Part shown: one piece after another, positions 18,154 through 27,301 of the stretch | Layout of the letters: each line of letters begins with the position of its first letter | How positions within the stretch are numbered: position 1 is the stretch's first letter | Assembly: GCA_964536865.1 (NCBI GenBank) | Contig: CAZHYN010000004.1 | Location: 54,686-86,685 of the forward strand | DNA: 32,000 bases | Direction: 5' to 3' | Source of the DNA: an uncultured Planctomycetia bacterium | Lineage (GTDB): Bacteria; Omnitrophota; Gorgyraeia; Duberdicusellales; 4484-171 | Translations under genes and position numbers: made by a program | Notes under the pieces: model-generated | The model's database searches: none | What the model saw: only the letters and a program-made list of their open reading frames with translations | Told to the model about the DNA's origin: nothing

Positions 18154-19265
18154 AGGAGAACTATTATCGATTATCTTTTAAGGTAAGTTTCTTAAGTATA
18201 GGTATTAACCTCCTTTTAGGAATAGTTAAGTTGATTCTGGCAATCCTTTCTCAGAGTATAGCCATACTTAGTGATTGCGTTCATAGCTTGTCGGATATGG
18301 CTACTACCTTAATAGTAATTCTTAGCTTAAAGGTGAGTAAAAAGCCGGCAGATAAGGACCATCCTTTTGGTCATGGGAGGGTAGAGGAAATAGGAGGGTT
18401 ACTGATTGCGGTAGTTATCTTTCTATTAGGGATTAATTTTTTAAAATCGTCATTTTTAAGGTTATTTTCTCTTCCTCCTGTTATGGTAACCAATCTTTTT
18501 ATCGTGATAATCTTTATTACTGCCTTCATAAAATTATTTCTAGGAATAATTACTTTTGTAGTATCTAAAAAGACATCTTCAAATCTTCTTCTGGGGGATG
18601 CTTACCACCACGGGAGTGACTTCTTTATCAGTTTCTGTATAGGGTTGGGATTAATCTTTATAAAGAAGGGATTTATGCTTTTTGATCCGTTAGGAGGTAT
18701 TCTTGTTTCTTCTTTAATCGTATTCTGGGGTTTAGATTTAGGGAGGAAGTTTATTGATAAACTGATAGGGAAAAGCCCTTCTGTAGAGATCTGTGAAAAA
18801 ATTAAGAGTATCGCAAAGAAATTTCCTCAGGTTAAAGGGGTTCATGAAATTTACGTACACTCTTATGGAAGGGAAAATATTATTTCTTTCCATATTGAGT
18901 TAGATGAAGATTTGTCGTTAGAAGAGGCACACAGCGTAGCTGATAGGATAGAGAAAGAGATATTTAAGGAAGGTTTAGGAAAGTGTATTGTACATATGGA
19001 TCTTTTTAAGAAAGCATCTTTTACCGAGAAAAAGAAAGTTATTGCTACTTTAAATCATATTACTCACTTAGTAAAAGAGATTAAGGATTTCCATGGTTTA
19101 GAGATAATCACTACCGAAGGAGGAAGAATGCTTAACTTCCATCTTATGCTTGATAAAGATACTTCTCTAGAGGAGTCTCATCAGATTTCTCATAGAATAG
19201 CAGGGATCTTGAAAGAAAAGTTTGGTTTCTCATCAGTGAATATTCATCTCGAGCCCTATAAATAA
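18150..19265 (+). CDS. Cation diffusion facilitator (CDF) metal efflux transporter with two tandem C-terminal cytoplasmic domains
   Basis: TM2 HSLSD and TM5 HHGSD metal-site motifs. Two successive CTD-like segments follow: VKGVHEIYVHSYGRENIISFHIELDEDLSLEEAH... and IKDFHGLEIITTEGGRMLNFHLMLDKDTSLEESH... Confidence 0.8.
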   Translation: MKENYYRLSFKVSFLSIGINLLLGIVKLILAILSQSIAILSDCVHSLSDMATTLIVILSLKVSKKPADKDHPFGHGRVEEIGGLLIAVVIFLLGINFLKSSFLRLFSLPPVMVTNLFIVIIFITAFIKLFLGIITFVVSKKTSSNLLLGDAYHHGSDFFISFCIGLGLIFIKKGFMLFDPLGGILVSSLIVFWGLDLGRKFIDKLIGKSPSVEICEKIKSIAKKFPQVKGVHEIYVHSYGRENIISFHIELDEDLSLEEAHSVADRIEKEIFKEGLGKCIVHMDLFKKASFTEKKKVIATLNHITHLVKEIKDFHGLEIITTEGGRMLNFHLMLDKDTSLEESHQISHRIAGILKEKFGFSSVNIHLEPYK

Positions 19266-19342
19266 ATTTCCTCTCCTTGATATTAAAGGTCTGCTTAAGG
19301 AGACTAGCGATATAAATCCGCTACACTACACCATAAAATCAA

Positions 19343-19371
19343 TTGACACACTTTAGTTATTTTCATAAACT
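19343..19371 (+). promoter_or_regulatory. Possible promoter TTGACA-17 nt-TAAACT; the -10 box ends 8 nt before the mgtE ATG
   Basis: TTGACA at 19343-19348 and TAAACT at 19366-19371. There is no Shine-Dalgarno before ATG 19380. Confidence 0.3.
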
Positions 19372-19379
19372 AATTAAAT

Positions 19380-20720
19380 ATGGAGGAGTTAATCTCTAAA
19401 ATAAAATCCTTGCTTGTTAAGAGAAAGCTTTCCGAAGTAAAAAGTTTACTTCCTCTTCACCCAGAAGATGTTGCTAACTTAATATCCCGCCTTGAGAAAC
19501 CTTCTCATAAGTTGCTAGTTTTCCGTATGATTCCCCATGATAGAGCAGTAGAGGTATTTGAGTATCTTCCTGATGATGAACAGGAGACCCTTTTACGTTC
19601 TTTGACTGACCAGGAGGTTAAAGAGATATTGGACGATATGTCTCCTGATGATAGAACTGAACTTTTTGAGGATATGCCTGCAGAGTTAGTTAAGCGCTCT
19701 ATAAACCTTTTATCAACCCAAGAACGTAAGCTTGCCCTGGAGATTCTTAATTACCCTCCTGATTCTGTGGGAAGGCTCCTTACCCCCGATTTTGTTCAGT
19801 TCTACGACGACATGATGGTTAAGGAGGCTTTAGATCATTTAAGAGTTGCAGGGATGGGCAAGGAGACAATTTATCATTGTTATGTTTTGGATAAGGAGAA
19901 AAAACTTAAAGGAGTGGTTTCTTTAAAGAAGTTAGTTTTAGCTGACCCTTCAACTAAAATTTCAGAGATTATGTACAAAGATGTAATAAAAGTTAACGTT
20001 AATACTGATAGAGAAGAAGCAGCAAATATATTTAAGAAGTACGACATAATAGCTCTCCCTGTAGTAGATAACAACGACAAATTGTTAGGAATTGTAACTT
20101 TTGATGACTTAGTTGATGTCTTAGAAGACGAAGCTACAGAGGACTTTGAAAAAATCGCTGCAGTATTACCGGTAGATAAGCCCTATATGGAAGCGGGCTT
20201 TTTTAATATAGTATGGAGGAGGAGTTTTTGGTTGATAGTTCTTGTCACTCTGGAGTCAATCTCCAGTTTAGTTTTACAGAAGTATCAGTCAAGTATCCAG
20301 AAGTGGGTAGCTCTAAGTTTCTTTCTTCCTATCCTTATTGATACCGGTGGTAATGCAGGAACTCAATCTGCTACTATAATTATAAGGAGTTTAGCTATCG
20401 GAGAGGTAGGAGTAAAGGACTTTTTTAAGATTATCTTCAGAGAGTCTTTCATTGGTTTCTTTATTGGAGGTATTTTAGCGGTAGTAGGGATAATTAGAGT
20501 TTTCCTTCAGCAGAATAATTGGCTTTTAAGTGTTGCTGTAGGAATATCCATAGGATTTACAGTAGCTGCTGCGGCAGTTATTGGAGCGTCCCTTCCTCTT
20601 ATCTTTAGAAAGATTAAACTGGATCCTGCATTAATGAGTGGACCTCTAATTACTACCATTGTCGATGTAGGGGGCATCTTTATCTACTTTGAGATAGCTA
20701 GATTAATCCTTGGTTTATGA
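19380..20720 (+). CDS. mgtE: Magnesium transporter MgtE
   Basis: N-domain, a CBS pair, and a TM domain with PILIDTGGNAGTQSAT. Confidence 0.9.
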   Translation: MEELISKIKSLLVKRKLSEVKSLLPLHPEDVANLISRLEKPSHKLLVFRMIPHDRAVEVFEYLPDDEQETLLRSLTDQEVKEILDDMSPDDRTELFEDMPAELVKRSINLLSTQERKLALEILNYPPDSVGRLLTPDFVQFYDDMMVKEALDHLRVAGMGKETIYHCYVLDKEKKLKGVVSLKKLVLADPSTKISEIMYKDVIKVNVNTDREEAANIFKKYDIIALPVVDNNDKLLGIVTFDDLVDVLEDEATEDFEKIAAVLPVDKPYMEAGFFNIVWRRSFWLIVLVTLESISSLVLQKYQSSIQKWVALSFFLPILIDTGGNAGTQSATIIIRSLAIGEVGVKDFFKIIFRESFIGFFIGGILAVVGIIRVFLQQNNWLLSVAVGISIGFTVAAAAVIGASLPLIFRKIKLDPALMSGPLITTIVDVGGIFIYFEIARLILGL

Positions 20721-21754
20721 GTAAGCACTTTTTAGTTATCTTAGTAGCGCTTACTTTATGTGGATGTGTGACCTTGCCTAAAAGAGCTGTTCTTCCTTCC
20801 CTTTCAAAAGCAGAGTTTGTAGAGGTAAGTAAATTCTGCCAGAGAAATGGATTGACTTATTCTTATAACACTTTAGATGATATTGTGGAGTTAACCTCTA
20901 AGGATAAAGATATTCGATTACTTTTAAACTCCTTACTAATCTATTACAATGGAAAGTTCTTTCATCTCAAGAATTCTCCTTTTTACCGAGAAGGTAGAGT
21001 ATTTGTTCCTCAGGAATTGGAGGATATTGTCCTTAAAAAAATACCTAAGATTTTTGCTCCTCTACCAATAAAGAGGATAGTTATTGATCCTGGCCATGGA
21101 GGTAAAGACCCAGGAGCAATTTCCCCTAGGGGGACAAAAGAGAAGGATATTAATCTCCGGATAGCTAAGCTTCTTAAGAGAGAATTAGAGAAGAAAGGAT
21201 TTACAGTTTACCTTACTCGAAGAAGTGATGTTTACCTTTCTCTCCAGAAGAGGGTAGAGATAGCTAAAGATAAGAGGGCAGATCTATTTATAAGTATCCA
21301 TGCTAATTCTAACCGCAATCCCAAAGTAAATGGAGTGGAAGTTTACTACCTTTCCCCTAAGTACTTTAACTGGAAAAAGAGATTGCTTTGGTTATCTAAA
21401 TATCTTCCTCCTGACTTAAGAGGTACTTATTCTCCTCGCCAAAGGGAGATTATCTGGAAGAATATCTGTGTTAAAAATGATACCATCAGCCGCCAGGCAG
21501 CTCACTGTTTAGTTACCATCTTTAGGGAGTTAGGATTTAAAGTTAGATATCCTAAAGGCGCGCCTTTCTATGTTTTAAGGTATGGGTATGTACCTAGCAT
21601 TCTGGTAGAAGTAGGGTATTTAAGCAACAGTCGAGAAGAAAGACTTCTAAAGAGTTCTCGTTACCAACACCAGGTTGCTTGTGCAATTGCCTTAGGAGTT
21701 TCTTCTTTAAATAGGCGTTATGCACACTTAGTAAAGAGGTATGGGAATAGATAA
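20717..21754 (+). CDS. N-acetylmuramoyl-L-alanine amidase (amidase_3 family) lipoprotein
   Basis: Lipobox LTLCGC. Catalytic domain IVIDPGHGGKDPGA...ISIHANS...EVGYLSN. Confidence 0.8.
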   Translation: MSKHFLVILVALTLCGCVTLPKRAVLPSLSKAEFVEVSKFCQRNGLTYSYNTLDDIVELTSKDKDIRLLLNSLLIYYNGKFFHLKNSPFYREGRVFVPQELEDIVLKKIPKIFAPLPIKRIVIDPGHGGKDPGAISPRGTKEKDINLRIAKLLKRELEKKGFTVYLTRRSDVYLSLQKRVEIAKDKRADLFISIHANSNRNPKVNGVEVYYLSPKYFNWKKRLLWLSKYLPPDLRGTYSPRQREIIWKNICVKNDTISRQAAHCLVTIFRELGFKVRYPKGAPFYVLRYGYVPSILVEVGYLSNSREERLLKSSRYQHQVACAIALGVSSLNRRYAHLVKRYGNR

Positions 21755-22535
21755 AAGACCTATTGGAATTTTCGATTCTGGAATAGGGGGACTCACCGTT
21801 TTTAAGGAGATAGAAAAAGCTCTACCTTGCGAGTCTCTTGTTTATTTTGGAGATACCGCAAGGGTTCCTTACGGAAATAAATCTAAACAGACGGTAATTC
21901 GCTTCACTACGGAAAATATTCTTTTTCTTCTTAAGAAAAAGGTTAAACTTATAGTGATAGCTTGTAATACTTCATCTAGTTTGGCTTTAAAGTATGTAAG
22001 AAAAATTTTTAACATTCCTATCATAGGAGTAATTAGGCCTGCTATTGAGAAAGCAATTAAGGTCTCTAAAGGAAGGATTGGGGTGATCGGCACAAAATCT
22101 ACGATAGCTAGTAGAGCTTATGAGGAGGAGCTAAAAAGGAAAGATAAGAGTAGTTTAATCTTTTCCCGTCCCTGCCCTCTGTTAGTTCCTTTCATTGAGG
22201 AAGGTCTTATAAAGGGCCCGCTCTTAGAGCATTTGGTTAAATTCTATTTAAAAGATTTAAAAGGCAAAATTGATACTCTTATCTTAGGGTGTACTCATTA
22301 TCCTCTTATTAAGAATATAGTTGCTTCCTATTTAGAAGGGGTATGTATTATAGATTCTGCTAAGGAAGTAGCGATAAGTACTAAGCGTATATTGGAAAAA
22401 AATGATCTTTTAACAGATAGGAGTAATGTGCCCCGTAAGGAGTTTTATGTCACTGATGATGCCGAGAATTTTTTTAAGTTAGCGAGGATGTTTCTTAAGA
22501 AGGACATAAAAAAACCAAAGTTGGTAAATGTATAG
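21741..22535 (+). CDS. murI: Glutamate racemase
   Basis: IGIFDSGIGGLTV, IACNTSS and GCTHYP motifs. Confidence 0.9.
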   Translation: MGIDKRPIGIFDSGIGGLTVFKEIEKALPCESLVYFGDTARVPYGNKSKQTVIRFTTENILFLLKKKVKLIVIACNTSSSLALKYVRKIFNIPIIGVIRPAIEKAIKVSKGRIGVIGTKSTIASRAYEEELKRKDKSSLIFSRPCPLLVPFIEEGLIKGPLLEHLVKFYLKDLKGKIDTLILGCTHYPLIKNIVASYLEGVCIIDSAKEVAISTKRILEKNDLLTDRSNVPRKEFYVTDDAENFFKLARMFLKKDIKKPKLVNV

Positions 22536-22893
22536 AGTAAAAGTAATATCTAGTTTTAGTGCTGCCCACTTTTTAAGGAATTATAAAGGTAAGTGTGAGA
22601 ATCTTCACGGGCATAATTGGAAGGTAGAGGCTATCTGTAGAGGTGAGAAGCTGGACTCCCAAGGTTTGGTGATAGATTTTGGATTATTAAAGGATAAATT
22701 AGATAGTGTCCTGGAACAGCTGGATCATAAGGTTTTAAATGAAATAGATTATTTTAAAGATAGAAACCCTACCTCTGAGGAAATTGCTTCTTATATCTTC
22801 TCTCAATTAAAAGAGAGGTTGATAGGGGTATGCAAGTTAGAAGAAATTCGAGTATGGGAGAAAGATAACTCATGCGCAATTTATCAAGAATAA
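22528..22893 (+). CDS. queD: 6-carboxy-5,6,7,8-tetrahydropterin synthase
   Basis: 121 aa. CENLHGHNWKVE His triad motif. Adjacent to queC and queE. Confidence 0.85.
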   Translation: MYRVKVISSFSAAHFLRNYKGKCENLHGHNWKVEAICRGEKLDSQGLVIDFGLLKDKLDSVLEQLDHKVLNEIDYFKDRNPTSEEIASYIFSQLKERLIGVCKLEEIRVWEKDNSCAIYQE

Positions 22894-23588
22894 GAGAAAA
22901 GAGAGGTTCAAAAAAAGGTATAATCCTTCTCTCCGGAGGTATAGATTCAACAGTTACCCTATACCTGGCGAAAAAATATGGATACAAGTTAGTTGCCCTT
23001 ATCTTTGACTATGGTCAGAAGCACCGTAAGGAGATTGTCCATGCACAGAGAATTGCTTCCCTCAACAGATTAGAATATTACTTGATTAGACTTAACTTAG
23101 GATGGGTAAAGTCAAGTTTAGTTAGTAAAAAAAGAGAAATTCCCTTAGATAGAGATCTTTCTTCTCCTGTCATCCCTTCTACTTATGTAGCAGGAAGAAA
23201 TATAATTTTCCTAAGTTATGCAGTATCCCTAGCAGAAACAAAAGGAGCTAGTGAGATATTTATCGGTGCTCATACTCAGGATTACTCAGGATACCCTGAT
23301 TGCCGACCTCAATTCTTAAATAAATTTGAAGAGGCAATAAATTTAGGGATAGCTCACTCATCTATAAAGATTATTGCTCCCTTAATTGATAAAGACAAAA
23401 AAGAGATAATTAAACTGGGACTTAAGCTCGGAGTTCCTTTCCATCTTACCTGGTCCTGTTATAAAGGAAAAGATAGACCTTGCCTTAAGTGTGATAGTTG
23501 TAGATTCCGGATAAATGCTTTTAAAGAGTTAGGTTTAGTTGATCCTCTCTTAACTAAGAGAGTTAGAAAAAGGTGGAAGCGAAAGTAG
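22872..23588 (+). CDS. queC: 7-cyano-7-deazaguanine synthase
   Basis: PP-loop LLSGGIDS and a C-terminal Cys cluster (CYKGKDRPCLKCDSCRFR). Confidence 0.9.
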   Translation: MRNLSRIREKRGSKKGIILLSGGIDSTVTLYLAKKYGYKLVALIFDYGQKHRKEIVHAQRIASLNRLEYYLIRLNLGWVKSSLVSKKREIPLDRDLSSPVIPSTYVAGRNIIFLSYAVSLAETKGASEIFIGAHTQDYSGYPDCRPQFLNKFEEAINLGIAHSSIKIIAPLIDKDKKEIIKLGLKLGVPFHLTWSCYKGKDRPCLKCDSCRFRINAFKELGLVDPLLTKRVRKRWKRK

Positions 23589-24235
23589 CCAGTATTTTTA
23601 AGAGCATCCAGGGTGAGGGAAAATATGTAGGTTCTCTTCAGGTATTTGTAAGATTCTTTGGATGTAACTTAAATTGTCAGTTTTGCGACACAAAGTTAAA
23701 GAAGTTTAAATTCTACAATGTAAATAGTCTTAAAAGAGAAGTTAGCTCTTTAAAAATAAAGTTTCTCTCTCTAACAGGAGGTGAACCACTTCTGCAGGCA
23801 GATTTTTTAAAAATGTTTTTAGAGAGTATAGCTAAAGATAAATTTAAAATTTACTTAGAGACTAATGCTACTCTCTATAAAAATTTGAAGAAAGTAATTA
23901 AATATATTGATATAATATCCTTTGACTTAAAGCTTAAGAGTTCTACAGGGTGTTCTCAACTTTGGAGGGTTCATGAGGAGTTTTTTAAGGTTGCTAAGGT
24001 TAAAGAGATTTTTTTTAAGACAGTGATTACCACTTCTACTCAGTTTGATGATATAAAGAGACTGGCAGGTTTCTTAAAAGATAAATTAGATTATCCTCTT
24101 TACTTACAGCCAGACTCTCGCTATTTAAGTAGAAGATTACTTAAAAAAATGTTTGTTTTTGGGGAGTATCTTTTAAACAAAGGAATTGATGTTAGAATCG
24201 TTCCTCAAGTTCATAAGTTTTTAAATATAGAATGA
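23573..24235 (+). CDS. queE: 7-carboxy-7-deazaguanine synthase (radical SAM)
   Basis: IFKSIQGEGKYVG and the CNLNCQFC CX3CX2C cluster. Confidence 0.8.
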   Translation: MEAKVASIFKSIQGEGKYVGSLQVFVRFFGCNLNCQFCDTKLKKFKFYNVNSLKREVSSLKIKFLSLTGGEPLLQADFLKMFLESIAKDKFKIYLETNATLYKNLKKVIKYIDIISFDLKLKSSTGCSQLWRVHEEFFKVAKVKEIFFKTVITTSTQFDDIKRLAGFLKDKLDYPLYLQPDSRYLSRRLLKKMFVFGEYLLNKGIDVRIVPQVHKFLNIE

Positions 24236-25077
24236 ACTTAGAAACAGTAATTAAAAATTTAGCTATAAAAGCTAATATTGAGTTAAGGAAGGACGTTCTG
24301 AATCTTTTAAGAGAGGCTTTTTATAGAGAAAAATCCCCTCTTGCTAAAGGGGCTTTAAGAGTAATTTTAGAGAATGCTAAGATAGCCAGAAAGGAAAAGA
24401 TAGCTATTTGTCAAGATACGGGGCTCCCTTTAGTATTTTTGGAGGTAGGCAGAGACATAAAGATTGGAAAAACTTTATTAGATAAAATAAAAAAAGGAGT
24501 AACTAAAGGTTATAAAGAAGGGGGATTTCGTGCATCGGTTATAGATAGTCAAGGAAAGTTAACTTACAGTGGAGACTTTTTTCATATCGAGTTCACCAAC
24601 ATAAAAGGTGTTAAAGTAACTATCTTTCCCAAAGGGTTTGGGTCAGAGAATAAAACTAAGATGAAGATGTTTAACCCTACCGCTTCTTATGATGATATTG
24701 ACAAGTTTATCTTAGAGGCAGTAAAGGAAGCTGGTCCTGGAGCCTGTCCTCCTTTTTTTGTAGGAATAGGGATAGGGTCTACTTCTGAGGGGTGTCTGGT
24801 TTTAGCAAAAAAAGCCTTACTTTCCCGGCTGGATAAACCTACTCTCTCTAATGAGTTAGCTAAGTGGGAAAAGATTCTAAAAGAAAAGATTAATGCCTTA
24901 GGTATAGGGCCAATGGGTTTAGGAGGCGGTTTTAGTTGTTTAGCAGTAAAGATTAAAAGGAGTCCTACTCACATTGCTGGACTTCCTGTAGGGGTAAATA
25001 TAAGTTGCCATGCTTTAAGGAGTGCTACTCTCTCTATTTCTAAGGACAAGTTGATGGATTTGTTAAGAAATGATTAA
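24232..25077 (+). CDS. Class I (Fe-S) fumarate hydratase / tartrate dehydratase, alpha subunit
   Basis: CQDTG motif, about 280 aa, ATGA-coupled to the beta subunit gene. Confidence 0.8.
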   Translation: MNLETVIKNLAIKANIELRKDVLNLLREAFYREKSPLAKGALRVILENAKIARKEKIAICQDTGLPLVFLEVGRDIKIGKTLLDKIKKGVTKGYKEGGFRASVIDSQGKLTYSGDFFHIEFTNIKGVKVTIFPKGFGSENKTKMKMFNPTASYDDIDKFILEAVKEAGPGACPPFFVGIGIGSTSEGCLVLAKKALLSRLDKPTLSNELAKWEKILKEKINALGIGPMGLGGGFSCLAVKIKRSPTHIAGLPVGVNISCHALRSATLSISKDKLMDLLRND

Positions 25078-25618
25078 GTTAGTTACTCCTTTAAATAGAG
25101 AAAAGATAAAACAACTTAAAGTTGGGGATAAAGTATTACTTTCCGGGGTAGTTTATACTGCTAGAGATAGAGCAATTAGAAAGTTGATTACCCTAATTGG
25201 AAAAAAGAAAAAGCTTCCTTTGAGTTTAGAGAATCAGATAATTTACTATTGCGGACCTAATATTAAAGGCAAAAAATTAGGTTCCTGCGGTCCTACTACT
25301 TCTTCCCGTATGGATGATTCCTTGGAAGAGTTATTAAAAAATAGTGTATTAGCTACTATTGGAAAGGGACAGAGAGCACCTTGGATAAGAGAGTTGCTAA
25401 AAAAATATAAAGGGATATACTTTATTACTTATGGAGGATGCGGTGCTTACTTAAGAAAAAGAGTAACTGATTTTAAACTGATAGCTTTTCCCAACTTAGG
25501 AGCTGAAGCAATCTATCAGTTAACTTTAGAAGATTTTCCTCTCATTGTAGGGATTGATTGTCAAGGTAGAGACATTTATCAGCAGTTAGAAAGGAGTGGA
25601 GATGTTAAGGCCCGATAA
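25070..25618 (+). CDS. Class I fumarate hydratase / tartrate dehydratase, beta subunit
   Basis: [10 protein letters not shown] motif, about 180 aa, immediately after the alpha subunit. Confidence 0.8.
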   Translation: MIKLVTPLNREKIKQLKVGDKVLLSGVVYTARDRAIRKLITLIGKKKKLPLSLENQIIYYCGPNIKGKKLGSCGPTTSSRMDDSLEELLKNSVLATIGKGQRAPWIRELLKKYKGIYFITYGGCGAYLRKRVTDFKLIAFPNLGAEAIYQLTLEDFPLIVGIDCQGRDIYQQLERSGDVKAR

Positions 25619-26324
25619 AAGAGCTCCTAACCAGTTGCGTAAGATTAAGGTTGAGCGGGGATTTATTAAGTACGCTGAAGGTTCCTCCCTCATTGAGGTA
25701 GGTTCTACCAGGATTATCTGTACAGCTACCCTGGAGGAGAGAATTCCTCCTTTTTTAAGAGGAAGCGGTAGGGGTTGGGTGACTTCTGAGTATGGAATGT
25801 TGCCTCGCTCTACACAAATTCGTAATCTAAGAGAGAGAATTTCTGGGAGAAATATGGAGATTCAGCGTCTCATCGGTAGGTCTTTGCGCAGCGTGGTGGA
25901 TTTAAAGAAATTAGGGGAAAGAACAATTCTTATTGACTGCGATGTTATTCAAGCTGATGGAGGAACACGCACAACTTCTATTATAGGAGGATTTATCGCT
26001 TTAGTAGATTGCTTATACAAACTTTATAAAGAAGCTACCATTAGTGAATTTCCTGTGACTGATTTTTTGGGAGCAGTGAGTGTGGGGATATGGAAGGGTA
26101 ACTATATTTTAGATTTAACCTATCAGGAGGATGTTGAGGCTAGTGTAGATATGAACATAGTGATGAAGGCTAAAGGAGAGTTTGTAGAGATTCAAGGAAC
26201 TGCCGAGAGCGGTTCTTTCTCTCGAACTGACTTAGATAGATTGATAGATTTAGCCAAAGAGGGAATAGCCGAAGTTATTGAGTTAGAAAGAAATCTTTTT
26301 AAAGATATCCTTCCCAATATTTAA
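25602..26324 (+). CDS. rph: Ribonuclease PH
   Basis: [27 protein letters not shown] lies 5 nt upstream of ATG 25602. Confidence 0.9.
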   Translation: MLRPDKRAPNQLRKIKVERGFIKYAEGSSLIEVGSTRIICTATLEERIPPFLRGSGRGWVTSEYGMLPRSTQIRNLRERISGRNMEIQRLIGRSLRSVVDLKKLGERTILIDCDVIQADGGTRTTSIIGGFIALVDCLYKLYKEATISEFPVTDFLGAVSVGIWKGNYILDLTYQEDVEASVDMNIVMKAKGEFVEIQGTAESGSFSRTDLDRLIDLAKEGIAEVIELERNLFKDILPNI

Positions 26325-26334
26325 CTTCTTTTAA

Positions 26335-26937
26335 ATGCGCTTAATAATTGCTACCAGAAATAAAGGTAAATTACGTGAGGCCAAGCATATTCTTAGAGGT
26401 TTAAGAATTAAATTAATCTCTTTGGATGAATTGAAAGCCAATCTTAAGATAAAAGAGGATGGAGAAACTTTTTTCCAAAATGCTTTAAAGAAAGCAATGG
26501 CAGTTTCTAAAATTTATCCTCACGATTTAGTATTGGGAGAGGATTCCGGGTTAGAGGTTAGATACCTAAATAATAGGCCAGGAATATTCTCTAAAAGATA
26601 CGCTGGCAAAAACTCCACTGACTATCGTAATAATTTGAAACTGTTAAGAGAACTTAAGGGAGTAAAGAAGACTCAAAGAAGAGCTTGCTACCGTTGCGTG
26701 GCAGTGTTAGCTAAAAGTTCAAAGATTATGAAAAAATTTGAGGGAAAACTCTGTGGAATTATAAATGATAAAATGGTAGGTGAGAATGGTTTTGGTTATG
26801 ATCCCATCTTTTACCTTCCTAAGTATAGAAAAACAGTAGCCCAACTCTCCTTAAAAGAGAAGAATCAGGTAAGTCATAGAGCAAAAGCTTTTGAGAAGTT
26901 AAAGAAATTTCTTGCGAGTTACCTTAAAAATAAGTAA
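26335..26937 (+). CDS. rdgB: dITP/XTP pyrophosphatase (Ham1/RdgB family)
   Basis: IATRNKGKLRE, GFGYDPIF, SHRAKA. The rph-rdgB order is conserved. Confidence 0.85.
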   Translation: MRLIIATRNKGKLREAKHILRGLRIKLISLDELKANLKIKEDGETFFQNALKKAMAVSKIYPHDLVLGEDSGLEVRYLNNRPGIFSKRYAGKNSTDYRNNLKLLRELKGVKKTQRRACYRCVAVLAKSSKIMKKFEGKLCGIINDKMVGENGFGYDPIFYLPKYRKTVAQLSLKEKNQVSHRAKAFEKLKKFLASYLKNK

Positions 26938-26952
26938 AATTTGTAGTATAAT
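26924..26952 (+). promoter_or_regulatory. Possible promoter for tRNA-Pro (TTAAAA-17 nt-TATAAT)
   Basis: Consensus TATAAT at 26947-26952 and a weak -35 at 26924-26929. About 60 nt upstream of the tRNA. Confidence 0.35.
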
Positions 26953-27013
26953 TTAGCGATTGTAACTTAAAATAAACTCTTTGAGGAGGTATAGAGGGTT
27001 TATTTGAAGTATC

Positions 27014-27089
27014 CGGGAGGTGGCGCAGGCAGGAAGAGCGCACTTGGTTTGGGACCAAGGGGTCGCGGGTTCAAATCCCGCCCTCCCGA
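27014..27089 (+). tRNA. tRNA-Pro (anticodon UGG)
   Basis: Hand-folded cloverleaf: acceptor CGGGAGG/CCTCCCG, D stem GCGC/GCGC, anticodon stem CTTGG/CCAAG with loop TTTGGGA, T arm GCGGG-TTCAAAT-CCCGC, discriminator A. No encoded CCA. Confidence 0.9.
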
Positions 27090-27211
27090 TGTTATTTGAT
27101 AATGTAAAAACTTAGCGATAGAAGCAGAAACTTAACCGTTTATCTGGAGGAACAGAATTAAATTTAAAAACAAATTGAAAACCAAAGAAGCCGATAAAAG
27201 GTTATTTCTTC

Positions 27212-27240
27212 TTGTTAGGGCAAACTTAAGCAGGTAAAAT
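27212..27240 (+). promoter_or_regulatory. Possible promoter for tRNA-Arg (TTGTTA-17 nt-TAAAAT)
   Basis: Hexamers at 27212-27217 and 27235-27240. The tRNA starts at 27267. Confidence 0.35.
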
Positions 27241-27301
27241 ATTAGGTAAAGGTTATTTGACAATTTGCGCCCGTAGCTCAATAGGATAGAGCATCTGCCT
27301 T

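Noticed and set aside
19266-19379. Possible M-box (Mg2+) riboswitch upstream of mgtE
   Set aside because: The spacer is only 114 nt, against about 160 nt for an M-box aptamer. It shows no multi-helix GC-rich structure and is mostly AT-rich promoter-like sequence.
26971-27004. Hairpin AATAAAC...GTTTATT between rdgB and tRNA-Pro, considered as a terminator
   Set aside because: The stem is AU-rich with a long loop and no following U-tract. It lies downstream of the putative tRNA-Pro promoter, so it is more likely part of the tRNA leader or of no function.
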